A program made the translations under genes and the position numbers. A model generated the notes under the pieces. The model was not told the origin of the DNA. It saw only the letters and a list, made by a program, of their open reading frames with translations, and searched no databases. DNA of 64,000 bases from an uncultured Alphaproteobacteria bacterium. Its GTDB lineage: Bacteria > Pseudomonadota > Alphaproteobacteria > Methylaequorales > Methylaequoraceae. The stretch is from positions 70,884-134,883 of the forward strand of contig CACEXK010000002.1 in assembly GCA_902563505.1 (NCBI GenBank), written 5' to 3'. Positions within the stretch are counted from its first letter, which is position 1; each line of letters begins with the position of its first letter. This document shows positions 21,636-29,970 of this stretch, one piece after another.

Positions 21636-22673
21636 ATGCCTAAAAAAATAAAACTTACTGCTGTAATCGAGGCTGACGACAATGCAGTACTTGATGAATC
21701 AGCAATTAACAATTCTGTTGGAAAGCTCGGAAAAGTTGAATCCTATAATATAGGCATTGATACGGGAGAGAGTGATAATGCTGTTGGCGGTGCTGCCTCT
21801 TCGCAAGAAGGAAGCTCAGCGGGTGTATCAGAAATTTCTAGTTTCATAAAAGACTCCAATAAAATTTATTATGGATCTTTAGATGTTGAAAAAAGAAAAG
21901 CAGTAGTAATTTCAATGTTACATTCAGCTAATCTAGAAAAGGCTAAAAATGACAGTGGATTTAAAAATAAATTATCATCAATGTTTGCCAATAAACTAGA
22001 GGAAGAGAACTCTTATGTTGATAAACTTTTGAATGATACAAATGACGAATCATTATTTGAGGTGGTTAAAAGTAAATTCTTAGATGGGGATCTAAGTCAA
22101 ATGTTTATTTATATTTGGGAAAAAATACTATCAAAAGGTGAGGAAGATGATTTTGAAGTTGAATTAATTGAAACTACTGCAGAAAAGTTTTCAATGGAAA
22201 AGCCTGACATTGCTGAAACAAAGAAACTAGGAAATGAAAGAGCAAAGATAAGCAGAGCAATTGATGTAATTAATTCTGGGAAAACAGCATACAATAAACT
22301 CAAAGCTTTTGAAAAAACTGTAGTTATTGCTTTAATGTTGACAGAATGTTCAACTATTGATGGCAAAATATCTTCTGAAGATTTAAGTCAATTAAGAAGT
22401 TTACTTAATGATCAATTTAATGTTTCAAGTAATAGTCTTACGGTAGTTTTAGAGAGAGAAATTGGTTATTCTCTCACAAAAAAGGTTGAACAAGTTGAAG
22501 TTTATAGAGAGAAATATGAACTAGTTGAATTTCTGTGGGAACGAATTCTTTCAACTGAAACTGATATAAAAGACGGTGAGATGGAATTGATCAGAAAAAT
22601 GGTAAGAAGACTTGATATTTCTGATGTAGAATCTGAAGGTGCTAGAAAAGAGGTGGAAGCCAATTTGGGTTAA
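21636..22673 (+). CDS. hypothetical protein with two TerB-like repeats
   Basis: Two internally similar units: ..RKAVVISMLHSAN...FIYIWEKILSKGEEDDFEVELIETTAEKF and ..KTVVIALMLTECSTIDGKISSEDL...VEFLWERILSTETDIKDGEMELIRKMVRRLDIS. They resemble the TerB fold pattern seen in 26936-27364. Confidence 0.5.
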   Translation: MPKKIKLTAVIEADDNAVLDESAINNSVGKLGKVESYNIGIDTGESDNAVGGAASSQEGSSAGVSEISSFIKDSNKIYYGSLDVEKRKAVVISMLHSANLEKAKNDSGFKNKLSSMFANKLEEENSYVDKLLNDTNDESLFEVVKSKFLDGDLSQMFIYIWEKILSKGEEDDFEVELIETTAEKFSMEKPDIAETKKLGNERAKISRAIDVINSGKTAYNKLKAFEKTVVIALMLTECSTIDGKISSEDLSQLRSLLNDQFNVSSNSLTVVLEREIGYSLTKKVEQVEVYREKYELVEFLWERILSTETDIKDGEMELIRKMVRRLDISDVESEGARKEVEANLG

Positions 22674-22758
22674 ATTAATGAGAATAAGTTAAGCTTTTTT
22701 ATAAGAATCAAACAACTGGTTGAATCAAAATTCAGATTAATGTATTTTTTAATATTTA

Positions 22759-23172
22759 ATGCAAAGTACAAGAGAAAATTCATTTAAATACAGGCTTCTA
22801 CAAAGCTGTAAATGCTTTAAAATGAGAAAAGCTTCAAGAGTTGTCACACAGTATTATGATAAAAAGCTAAAACCTTGTAAAATTAAGATAACACAATTTT
22901 CAATTTTATCTCTTCTTGCTACTGGAGAATCGAAAACATTAAACAGCTTATCAGAGGATCTGCTGATGGATAGAACTACTCTAACCAGAAGTCTGGATAT
23001 ACTTTTTAAGGATAAGTTGATTGAAAATGTTAAAGATGATGATGCAAGAAAAAGAGTGGTTAAACTTACTGAAAAAGGATACAAAATTCTTGATCAGGCT
23101 ATCCCATTGTGGAGAGAGGCAGAAGAAGAGATTCTGGATGAATGTAAAAAATATGATTTTTCTGTTATTTAA
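22759..23172 (+). CDS. MarR-family regulator, OhrR-like (candidate 2-Cys peroxide sensor)
   Basis: There is a gapless by-eye alignment to B. subtilis OhrR around the sensing Cys. CFKMRKASRVVTQYYDKKLKPCKIKITQF aligns with CFLLYASSREMTKQYKPLLDKLNITYPQY. A second Cys (C129) sits near the C-terminus, as in 2-Cys OhrR. Confidence 0.75.
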   Translation: MQSTRENSFKYRLLQSCKCFKMRKASRVVTQYYDKKLKPCKIKITQFSILSLLATGESKTLNSLSEDLLMDRTTLTRSLDILFKDKLIENVKDDDARKRVVKLTEKGYKILDQAIPLWREAEEEILDECKKYDFSVI

Positions 23173-23174
23173 TC

Positions 23175-24653
23175 TTATGTTCCACAAAATGTATTCCTTA
23201 CAATCTCATTAGAACTAGGAGGTAATGAGAAATATTTCTTGTTCTTTTTTTCAATAAATGGATTTTTGATTATATCAAGTAGATCATTCATTAGAGAAAA
23301 TTTTTCATTTTCAACAGCTTCCTTGATGATTTTTTCTAAAATATGATTCCGTGGAACATATACAGGGTTTACTTTTTTCATATCTTTTTTAATATTCTCA
23401 ATACTCCTTATTTCTTTACTAATTCTTTTTTTCCAGGCACCGAGCCAATTAACGATTGATGTTTTATTCTTCGATAATGAGATAATATAGTCACCTTCTT
23501 TGAAAGAATCTTTTGTATTACTTAGGTTTCTAAATGCTGATGTAAAATCAATATTTTGCTTCAGCAATATTTCAAGGAAAGATTGAATTAATTTTTTGTC
23601 TTCAGGAAAACTTTTTTTCATACCCAACTTCATTCTAAAATTTGACATCCAATATTCTTCAAAAAATTCTGCAAATAAATTGAGTGAATCAATAATAATA
23701 GTTTGAGACTTTTTTTCATTATTCGATATTAATGGTGAAAGGCATTGTGCGAATATTGAGAGATTCCATAGCATTATTTGTCCTTGATTTGAGTAGGAAT
23801 ATCTTCCTCTAGTATCAATGTAACTAAAAACTTTTTGAGGATGGAAATGGTCCATAAATGCGCATGGACCATAATCAATTGTCTCCCCAGATATAGCTGT
23901 ATTATCTGTATTCATTACGCCGTGAATAAAACCAACACTCATCCATGATGCTACCAGAGATGCTTGAGATTTTATTGTTTTTGCCAGTATTGATTTATAA
24001 ATATTTTCATCATTGTTAAATGAATCCGGATAATGTCTCTTAATAGCGTAATCTGCTAGATTTTTAAGAGAGGTTATATCATTCTTTGCAAAAAAATATT
24101 CAAATGTCCCAATTCTGATGTGACTAGATGCTATTCGTGTAAGAATTCCACCAGGTAAAAAACTCTCTCTTTCAACATTCTCTCCTGAGCTAACAATTGC
24201 TAAGGACCTAGTTGTTGGGATACCCAAGTGGTACATTGCTTCACTAACAATATATTCTCTAATTACTGGACCCAGGGGAGCTCTTCCATCTCCCTGCCTC
24301 GAAAAGGAAGTTTTTCCTGAACCTTTAAGTTGTATATCATACCTTTTACCATCTATAGCAATTATTTCCCCCAAAAGCACAGCTCTACCATCTCCTAATT
24401 GTGGAACAAAATTTCCGAACTGGTGTCCTGCATATGCTAACGCAATTGGTTTAGACCCTCTAAGAACTTTATTTCCAGCTAGAGCTAATAACCCATCTTT
24501 ACTTTTTAAAAAATTATCATCAAGGTCTAGGTATTCCGAAAGCTTTTTATTTAACTTTATCAACTTTGGTTTTTTTACTGGTTGAGGTTTTATTTCCTCA
24601 TAAAATTGATTAGAAAGTTTAGAATAGGTATTGTCAAATTTGATATTTACCAT
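23175..24653 (-). CDS. selO: protein adenylyltransferase SelO (YdiU/UPF0061)
   Basis: AGHQFGNFVPQLGDGRAVLLGE, GDGRAPLGPVIREY, HGVMNTDN and C-terminal ..TFCGT, 492 aa. Confidence 0.92.
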   Translation of the reverse strand: MVNIKFDNTYSKLSNQFYEEIKPQPVKKPKLIKLNKKLSEYLDLDDNFLKSKDGLLALAGNKVLRGSKPIALAYAGHQFGNFVPQLGDGRAVLLGEIIAIDGKRYDIQLKGSGKTSFSRQGDGRAPLGPVIREYIVSEAMYHLGIPTTRSLAIVSSGENVERESFLPGGILTRIASSHIRIGTFEYFFAKNDITSLKNLADYAIKRHYPDSFNNDENIYKSILAKTIKSQASLVASWMSVGFIHGVMNTDNTAISGETIDYGPCAFMDHFHPQKVFSYIDTRGRYSYSNQGQIMLWNLSIFAQCLSPLISNNEKKSQTIIIDSLNLFAEFFEEYWMSNFRMKLGMKKSFPEDKKLIQSFLEILLKQNIDFTSAFRNLSNTKDSFKEGDYIISLSKNKTSIVNWLGAWKKRISKEIRSIENIKKDMKKVNPVYVPRNHILEKIIKEAVENEKFSLMNDLLDIIKNPFIEKKNKKYFSLPPSSNEIVRNTFCGT

Positions 24654-24666
24654 AAAAGAAATGTTT

Positions 24667-25350
24667 TTAATTTAAACTGCCCAAAACTCCTAAAATTACT
24701 CCAATTACAAATCCAAAAAAACCTCCCCATACAACCAACCAATCCAAATGTTTATGAATCATATCTCTCATAATAATTTTAACATGATCCGGGGTTAGTT
24801 CCGATAATCTTTTATCAATTATCATTTCAATCTTTCCTTTAATAACATCGCTAAAATTATTATCTTTTTGCAAATTATTAGATGAGATTTCATCAATAAC
24901 CTGTTTGATTTTTTTTTCAATCGGAATTTTTAATGGTAAAAGTGATTTTTTGCCACCCAGAACATTCAGCATTGAACCCATTGATGATTCTTCAATTGCC
25001 TCAACCAACTTATCAAAAATCAAATCATAATCTAACTTTTCAGATAAATCATTGTCAGTTAAACTATTTTCATTTTTGAGAAAATTCTCTAGGGAATTCT
25101 TAGAAAAAAATTCATTCATAATCAAGTTTTTAATACCCTCTTTAATTTCTTCAAATTTTAATGGGATAACACCAGATCCATACAATAATGGTACTTTTTC
25201 GAAAAGCATATGTATTGCCAGCCAATTAGTTAATGCTCCTGAAAGAGCAAAAAGTCCAGCCATAAAAATTTCTGTTGAGTAATTTTGTGCTAACATTCCG
25301 TATGATGTAATTGAAACAGCTATCAAATTTGTTATTAGACTTTTATTCAT
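24667..25350 (-). CDS. DUF445 family membrane protein
   Basis: N- and C-terminal TM helices, TNWLAIHMLFEKVP and WLVVWGGFFGFVIG motifs. 13 nt upstream of selO. Confidence 0.7.
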   Translation of the reverse strand: MNKSLITNLIAVSITSYGMLAQNYSTEIFMAGLFALSGALTNWLAIHMLFEKVPLLYGSGVIPLKFEEIKEGIKNLIMNEFFSKNSLENFLKNENSLTDNDLSEKLDYDLIFDKLVEAIEESSMGSMLNVLGGKKSLLPLKIPIEKKIKQVIDEISSNNLQKDNNFSDVIKGKIEMIIDKRLSELTPDHVKIIMRDMIHKHLDWLVVWGGFFGFVIGVILGVLGSLN

Positions 25351-25523
25351 TTCATAAAAATTTTTAGATTTTTAATTTCCTTGTACTTTATCTTATCAAA
25401 ACATATTTCAAATTTTGGGCATTGAGTGTTTAACTTTGAGAATATTTATGATATTCCGCAATATTGGAATTTTCAATTGAAATATACAAGCAATCAATAG
25501 AAGATTTCTTAATTCTCTTTTCT

Positions 25524-25994
25524 CTAATCATTGTAAGGTAATGAAGAGTGATGCAAATTAATCCTTAACTCATTTTTATTTAATCTAATAAAACCAAATG
25601 TGTACTCTACTTTTAGGTATTTATCTTTATCATCTTGAAAATAATAATTACCCATTGAGAGCAAATAATTGTCATATTCGATAATTTTATAGTTTTCAAA
25701 CCTTATAGATTTCCAATTTTTTATTGCGAAGCCATTATCCTCCTCACATATTTTGTTCTGCCCTAGGAAATAGGATATGAATTCTTCTTTTGTTGATCTA
25801 AATTGTCTGTGTTTTGCAAGTGTCGGTTTAAATAAAACCTCACAATGATTAAATGCGTAAACATTATTTAATAATTCAAAAACTAAATTTTCTAGATCTT
25901 CTTTTTTTGAATATGCTTTTCCTATTTCTAAGACAGTATCTGCCCACTTTTTTTGAGTGGTATTTACTAATTTTTTAATTTCTTTATTAGTCAT
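25524..25994 (-). CDS. hypothetical protein, possibly NTF2/SnoaL-like fold
   Basis: 156 aa with the pattern W..TV..IGKAY...VLFKPTLA...FR.T.EE..SYF.....GFA...W..I.F......G.Y.F.....VEYTF......L.I.LHHSSLPY. The fold call is from memory only. Confidence 0.4.
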   Translation of the reverse strand: MTNKEIKKLVNTTQKKWADTVLEIGKAYSKKEDLENLVFELLNNVYAFNHCEVLFKPTLAKHRQFRSTKEEFISYFLGQNKICEEDNGFAIKNWKSIRFENYKIIEYDNYLLSMGNYYFQDDKDKYLKVEYTFGFIRLNKNELRINLHHSSLPYND

Positions 25995-26097
25995 TTATCC
26001 CCGCAAAATTTCATTACAAGTTTTAAATCTCTTAATCTTTTTCTAAAATAAATTTTTAGAGAGGCATAAACCATTAATTAGATTTTTAAGATTAATC

Positions 26098-26661
26098 ATG
26101 TTAAAATTAATACATATGAATGTTTTGTTTTTCTTACTTATTTTTATATTAGGAAATGAAATTAATGCAATGAATTTACTTGAAGAAAAAGAAAATCAAG
26201 TAGGCTCATTTCCCAATGGTTGGGAATTTATTAGTGATCAGGTAATGGGAGGTGTTTCAAATGGTAAATTAGAAATACAAAATGAAGGAGAGAAGAAGTA
26301 CTTTCGATTGAAGGGTAATGTTAGTACAAAAAACAATGGAGGTTTTATTCAGTTTAGGTCTGTTTTTGACATAAAAAATGATGATTATAAAGGAATCAAA
26401 TTAAAGGTACGAGGTATACCAAGCGAATATTTTATTCATATTAGAACAAAATTCCTTTTTTTACCGTGGCAATATTATTCTGGAAAATTTTCAGTAAAAA
26501 GTGAATGGACAGAAATAAAGATCTTTTTCAAGGATTTTAGAAAATCAAATTTTTATCAACCATCAAGTTTTACTCCATCTGAGATTGAGAGTATTGGATT
26601 TGTTGCGTTTGGAAAAGATTTTGAAGCGGAACTAGATGTAATAGAAGCAACAATGTTTTAA
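26098..26661 (+). CDS. CIA30 (complex I intermediate-associated protein 30) domain protein, with signal peptide
   Basis: WEFISDQVMGGVSNGKLE...FRLKGNVSTKNNGGFIQFRS is the CIA30 signature. The N-terminus MNVLFFLLIFILGNEINA looks secretory. Confidence 0.75.
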   Translation: MLKLIHMNVLFFLLIFILGNEINAMNLLEEKENQVGSFPNGWEFISDQVMGGVSNGKLEIQNEGEKKYFRLKGNVSTKNNGGFIQFRSVFDIKNDDYKGIKLKVRGIPSEYFIHIRTKFLFLPWQYYSGKFSVKSEWTEIKIFFKDFRKSNFYQPSSFTPSEIESIGFVAFGKDFEAELDVIEATMF

Positions 26662-26663
26662 AG

Positions 26664-26939
26664 ATGAAAAAAAGTCTTTTGCCTGAAACTAAAATTAAAA
26701 ATCCAGAGCCTGATAAAAAAGATGATAACTGGATAATTTGGGCTGCTTGGGCAGATAGAATTACTTATGAGGATATTTTTGAAGAAACAGGAAAAAAAGA
26801 GAGCGAGGTCATCAAAATTATGAGAAGGGAGCTTAAGCCATCAAGCTTTCGTCTTTGGAGGAAAAGAGTCTCCAATCAATCTATTAAACACAAAAAGTTA
26901 TTTATTAAAGAAAGAAAAATACTTAAAAAAAAGATTTAA
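26664..26939 (+). CDS. DUF2805 / TIGR03643-like small protein
   Basis: IIWAAWADRITYEDIFEETGKKESEVIKIMRRELKPSSFRLWRKRV. 2 nt after the CIA30 gene. Confidence 0.7.
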   Translation: MKKSLLPETKIKNPEPDKKDDNWIIWAAWADRITYEDIFEETGKKESEVIKIMRRELKPSSFRLWRKRVSNQSIKHKKLFIKERKILKKKI

Positions 26940-27364
26940 CTTAATTCATTTTCAGCATTTCTTCGGGCTTCGGCTGATTCCTTTCCAGTTAAATGAAATA
27001 ATCCAACAGCTTTACTCATAAGTGCTGCTTCAAAATCGTCTAGTTTTCCATCTGATAAAACAATCAACCACATATATTCCAAAATCTTAATTATTTCATC
27101 CCTATCAAAATTTTCTCTAATTTCTTTTGTTAGAGAATACACTTCAATTCTATCTTCAGCCAGTTTAATAGCCTCATCAAATATTTCGTTTACTTTTTCT
27201 TGTGACATCTTGAGTTTGGATTTTAGTAGTGTTTTGATTTTATTTTTTTCTACATTCAAAATTTCACCGTCTTCTCTAGCACATTCAACTAAAATTGAGG
27301 TGATGATAGTATTTTTTTCAATTGGGGAATCAGTTTTATTAATTTTTTTTAATTTTCCAAACAT
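26936..27364 (-). CDS. TerB-family (tellurite-resistance TerB-like) protein
   Basis: ILVECAREDGEILNVEKNKI...ILEYMWLIVLSDGKLDDFEAALMSKAVGLFHL. Its stop overlaps the convergent DUF2805 stop within TTAA. Confidence 0.75.
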   Translation of the reverse strand: MFGKLKKINKTDSPIEKNTIITSILVECAREDGEILNVEKNKIKTLLKSKLKMSQEKVNEIFDEAIKLAEDRIEVYSLTKEIRENFDRDEIIKILEYMWLIVLSDGKLDDFEAALMSKAVGLFHLTGKESAEARRNAENELS

Positions 27365-27504
27365 TTTTAAAGTTATAAAGTTAAAGTTTTATTTTTAAAT
27401 AAATTGATTTCAGTATTGAGAAATATTTAAATTAATTTATATTAAATAAGGGGATTGTTACTTCTTAAATATATTATTTCAATAAAAAAAAAAAGGTTTT
27501 CTAA

Positions 27505-29958
27505 ATGAATTTTCAAAAAAAATATATTGGCACATCACTAATTATAATTTTATTATTTACAAAAACATTAGTAGCTCAGGAAAGTCGTAAAGTTTATGTT
27601 GCCCCCGATGTAAACATTATTTCAGTTACCCCTGTGCAAGGAGCTGGTGTTAGTATAGATAGGGTTCCCTCAAATATACAAAGTATTCTAGAGAATGATC
27701 TAAGCGATAAGAAAAACTTTTCAGTGGTAGAAACTCTAAATAGGAAAGCTGCAGGAATATCAATATCTAATTTAAATAGCTCCCCAATGCAAAATGATAT
27801 AAATTTTAGAGGTTATGTTGCTGGTCCTTTGCTCGGAACAGCTCAAGCAATGGCCATTTATCAAAATGGTATGAGGGTTAACGAATCTTTTGGTGAAGTT
27901 GTTCAATGGGATCTTGTACCTGATTTTGCAATTCATAATATGCAGGTGTTTACCGGTGGTGATCCTGTATTTGGTCAAAATGCAATTGGAGGTGCAATCT
28001 CTATGGAGATGAAAAACGGTTTTAACTTTCAAGGAACTAATGTCCAGCTCTCAGGTGGAAGTTACAAGAGAACAAATGAAATTTTTGAATTTGGAAAAAG
28101 CTACGATGATTATGCAATATATATAGGTGCTAATTTTAATTATGATCAGGGATGGAGAGACCATTCAGAGTCTTATCTTGAAACATTTTATTCTGATGTA
28201 AGATATAGACCTAATGATGATACCGAATTATTTGTGAATATTGGACAGGCCTTTACTGACCTTCGAGGTAATGGCGCAGCACCTCTGACTTTAATGGATT
28301 TGGAAGGAAGGGATGCAGTTTATACATACCCTGACAATACTCATAATAAGAATTATTATTTAAACTTTGGTGGGAATCATTTTGTAAATGATAAGCTCTC
28401 TCTTCAAGGTAATATGTATTACAGACACATGGAAAGAAGAAATTATAATGGAGATGAATTTGAAGGTAAAGATTGTGGCCTTAACTTTGATAGAGGTGGT
28501 GGTGCTGCAAATGGAACATTGTGTGGTGAATATGAGTCAAATGCTGCTGCCGATGCTGTAGGAATTCTTGGAATGAATGGTGCAATTATTAATTACGAAG
28601 CTCTTGGACTAGAATTAGATGATGACGAAAATGAAATAGAAGGCTTTGGTGCTATTAATAGGTCGAATACAAAAACTAATGCATTTGGTTTTAATCTTCA
28701 ATCAACTCTTGATTCAGATCTTCGTGGAAAAAGAAATACTTTGATAACAGGATTCAACTATGATTTTTCAAAAAACAGTTTTGGTTCAACGACTGAATTA
28801 GGACTTATTCAAGCTGATAGAGGTGTTCAAGGCACGGGTGTATTTGTTAGTACTGACGAGGAAGGTGAAGAACAATTTATTACGAATCTTGAATCTACAA
28901 CCCATAATGTGGCTCTTTATGGAAGCAATATTTATGATCTGAACGACACGACATCAATAAATATTTCTGCAAGATGGAATTGGGCAAATATGGAAATGAA
29001 CGATCAACATGGAACAGCCTTGGAAGGTCACCATTACTTTTGGAGAATCAACCCAGGGATTGGAGTAATAAAGAGATTTGAAGATGTAACTGTGTTTGCA
29101 TCCTACAAGGAATCAAGTAGAACTCCATCAATTGCAGAGTTAGCTTGTGCAGATCCAAATGCTCCTTGTAGATTACCGAATTCATTTCAGGCAGACCCAC
29201 CTTTGGATCAAGTAGTTAATAGAAATGTTGAGATGGGAGCTAGGGGCGATTTAGGTAACAATTTTCTTGGAATGGATCATAAGGTTTCATGGAATGTTAC
29301 TGCCTACGCTGGAAGAAATTATAATGACATAATATTTATTGGAGGTAATAGAATTGGTACTGGGTACTTCAGAAATGTCGGAAATACTCAAAGGTTAGGA
29401 ACGGAATTTGCTTTGAATGGTCAATTAGGTAAAAAGTGGAGTTGGTTTACCAAATACGCATATGTTAGAGCTACTTTTGAAACTTCTCAAAAAATATCAA
29501 GTGTTGGTCATCCATTGAATGGTTTTGATGACGATGATTATGATGAGAATGAAGCAAGAGAAGCTTTTCAAATTCAGACAAGTAAAGGAAATGAAATCCC
29601 TGGGATTTCACCCCATATAGGTCGTGTTGGCATAGGTTATTTAGTTCAGCCTAATTGGAATATATCTGTAGATGTTGAAGCTCAGTCTAGTCAATACTAT
29701 AGAGGAGATGAAATAAATCATTCACAGAAAGTTCCTGGTTTTTTCTTATTTAATTTGACCACTGAATATACCCTACCTAAAACTTACAAAGGAGTGGAGT
29801 CAACTCTATTTCTAGAGGCAAGGAATATTTTTGATGAAAATTATGAGACTGGTGGTTTATATGCTGAAAATGAAGTTAGCGGAACAGGTGGTAGTGGAAC
29901 TTTCGTTACACCAGGTCAACCGTTTACTATTTTTGGCGGGTTGAATGTAACTTTTTAA
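27505..29958 (+). CDS. TonB-dependent outer-membrane receptor
   Basis: Signal peptide, plug motifs (INFRGY, AIGGAISMEMK), beta-barrel, SSRTPSIAEL box and terminal ..GLNVTF aromatic residue, 817 aa. Confidence 0.9.
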   Translation: MNFQKKYIGTSLIIILLFTKTLVAQESRKVYVAPDVNIISVTPVQGAGVSIDRVPSNIQSILENDLSDKKNFSVVETLNRKAAGISISNLNSSPMQNDINFRGYVAGPLLGTAQAMAIYQNGMRVNESFGEVVQWDLVPDFAIHNMQVFTGGDPVFGQNAIGGAISMEMKNGFNFQGTNVQLSGGSYKRTNEIFEFGKSYDDYAIYIGANFNYDQGWRDHSESYLETFYSDVRYRPNDDTELFVNIGQAFTDLRGNGAAPLTLMDLEGRDAVYTYPDNTHNKNYYLNFGGNHFVNDKLSLQGNMYYRHMERRNYNGDEFEGKDCGLNFDRGGGAANGTLCGEYESNAAADAVGILGMNGAIINYEALGLELDDDENEIEGFGAINRSNTKTNAFGFNLQSTLDSDLRGKRNTLITGFNYDFSKNSFGSTTELGLIQADRGVQGTGVFVSTDEEGEEQFITNLESTTHNVALYGSNIYDLNDTTSINISARWNWANMEMNDQHGTALEGHHYFWRINPGIGVIKRFEDVTVFASYKESSRTPSIAELACADPNAPCRLPNSFQADPPLDQVVNRNVEMGARGDLGNNFLGMDHKVSWNVTAYAGRNYNDIIFIGGNRIGTGYFRNVGNTQRLGTEFALNGQLGKKWSWFTKYAYVRATFETSQKISSVGHPLNGFDDDDYDENEAREAFQIQTSKGNEIPGISPHIGRVGIGYLVQPNWNISVDVEAQSSQYYRGDEINHSQKVPGFFLFNLTTEYTLPKTYKGVESTLFLEARNIFDENYETGGLYAENEVSGTGGSGTFVTPGQPFTIFGGLNVTF

Positions 29959-29970
29959 AGTATAAGCTAC

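Noticed and set aside
21395-21712. A 105-aa minus-strand ORF fills the irr-downstream spacer.
   Set aside because: It has no motif and overlaps the start of the 21636 gene. The opposite strand carries recognisable ADH-derived sequence, so it is most likely the shadow of the decayed gene.
27365-27504. I looked for a Fur box or second ICE upstream of the TonB-dependent receptor.
   Set aside because: Only a single TTCTAAA half-site overlapping the ATG was found, and the left half does not match. The rest is non-specific AT-rich sequence.
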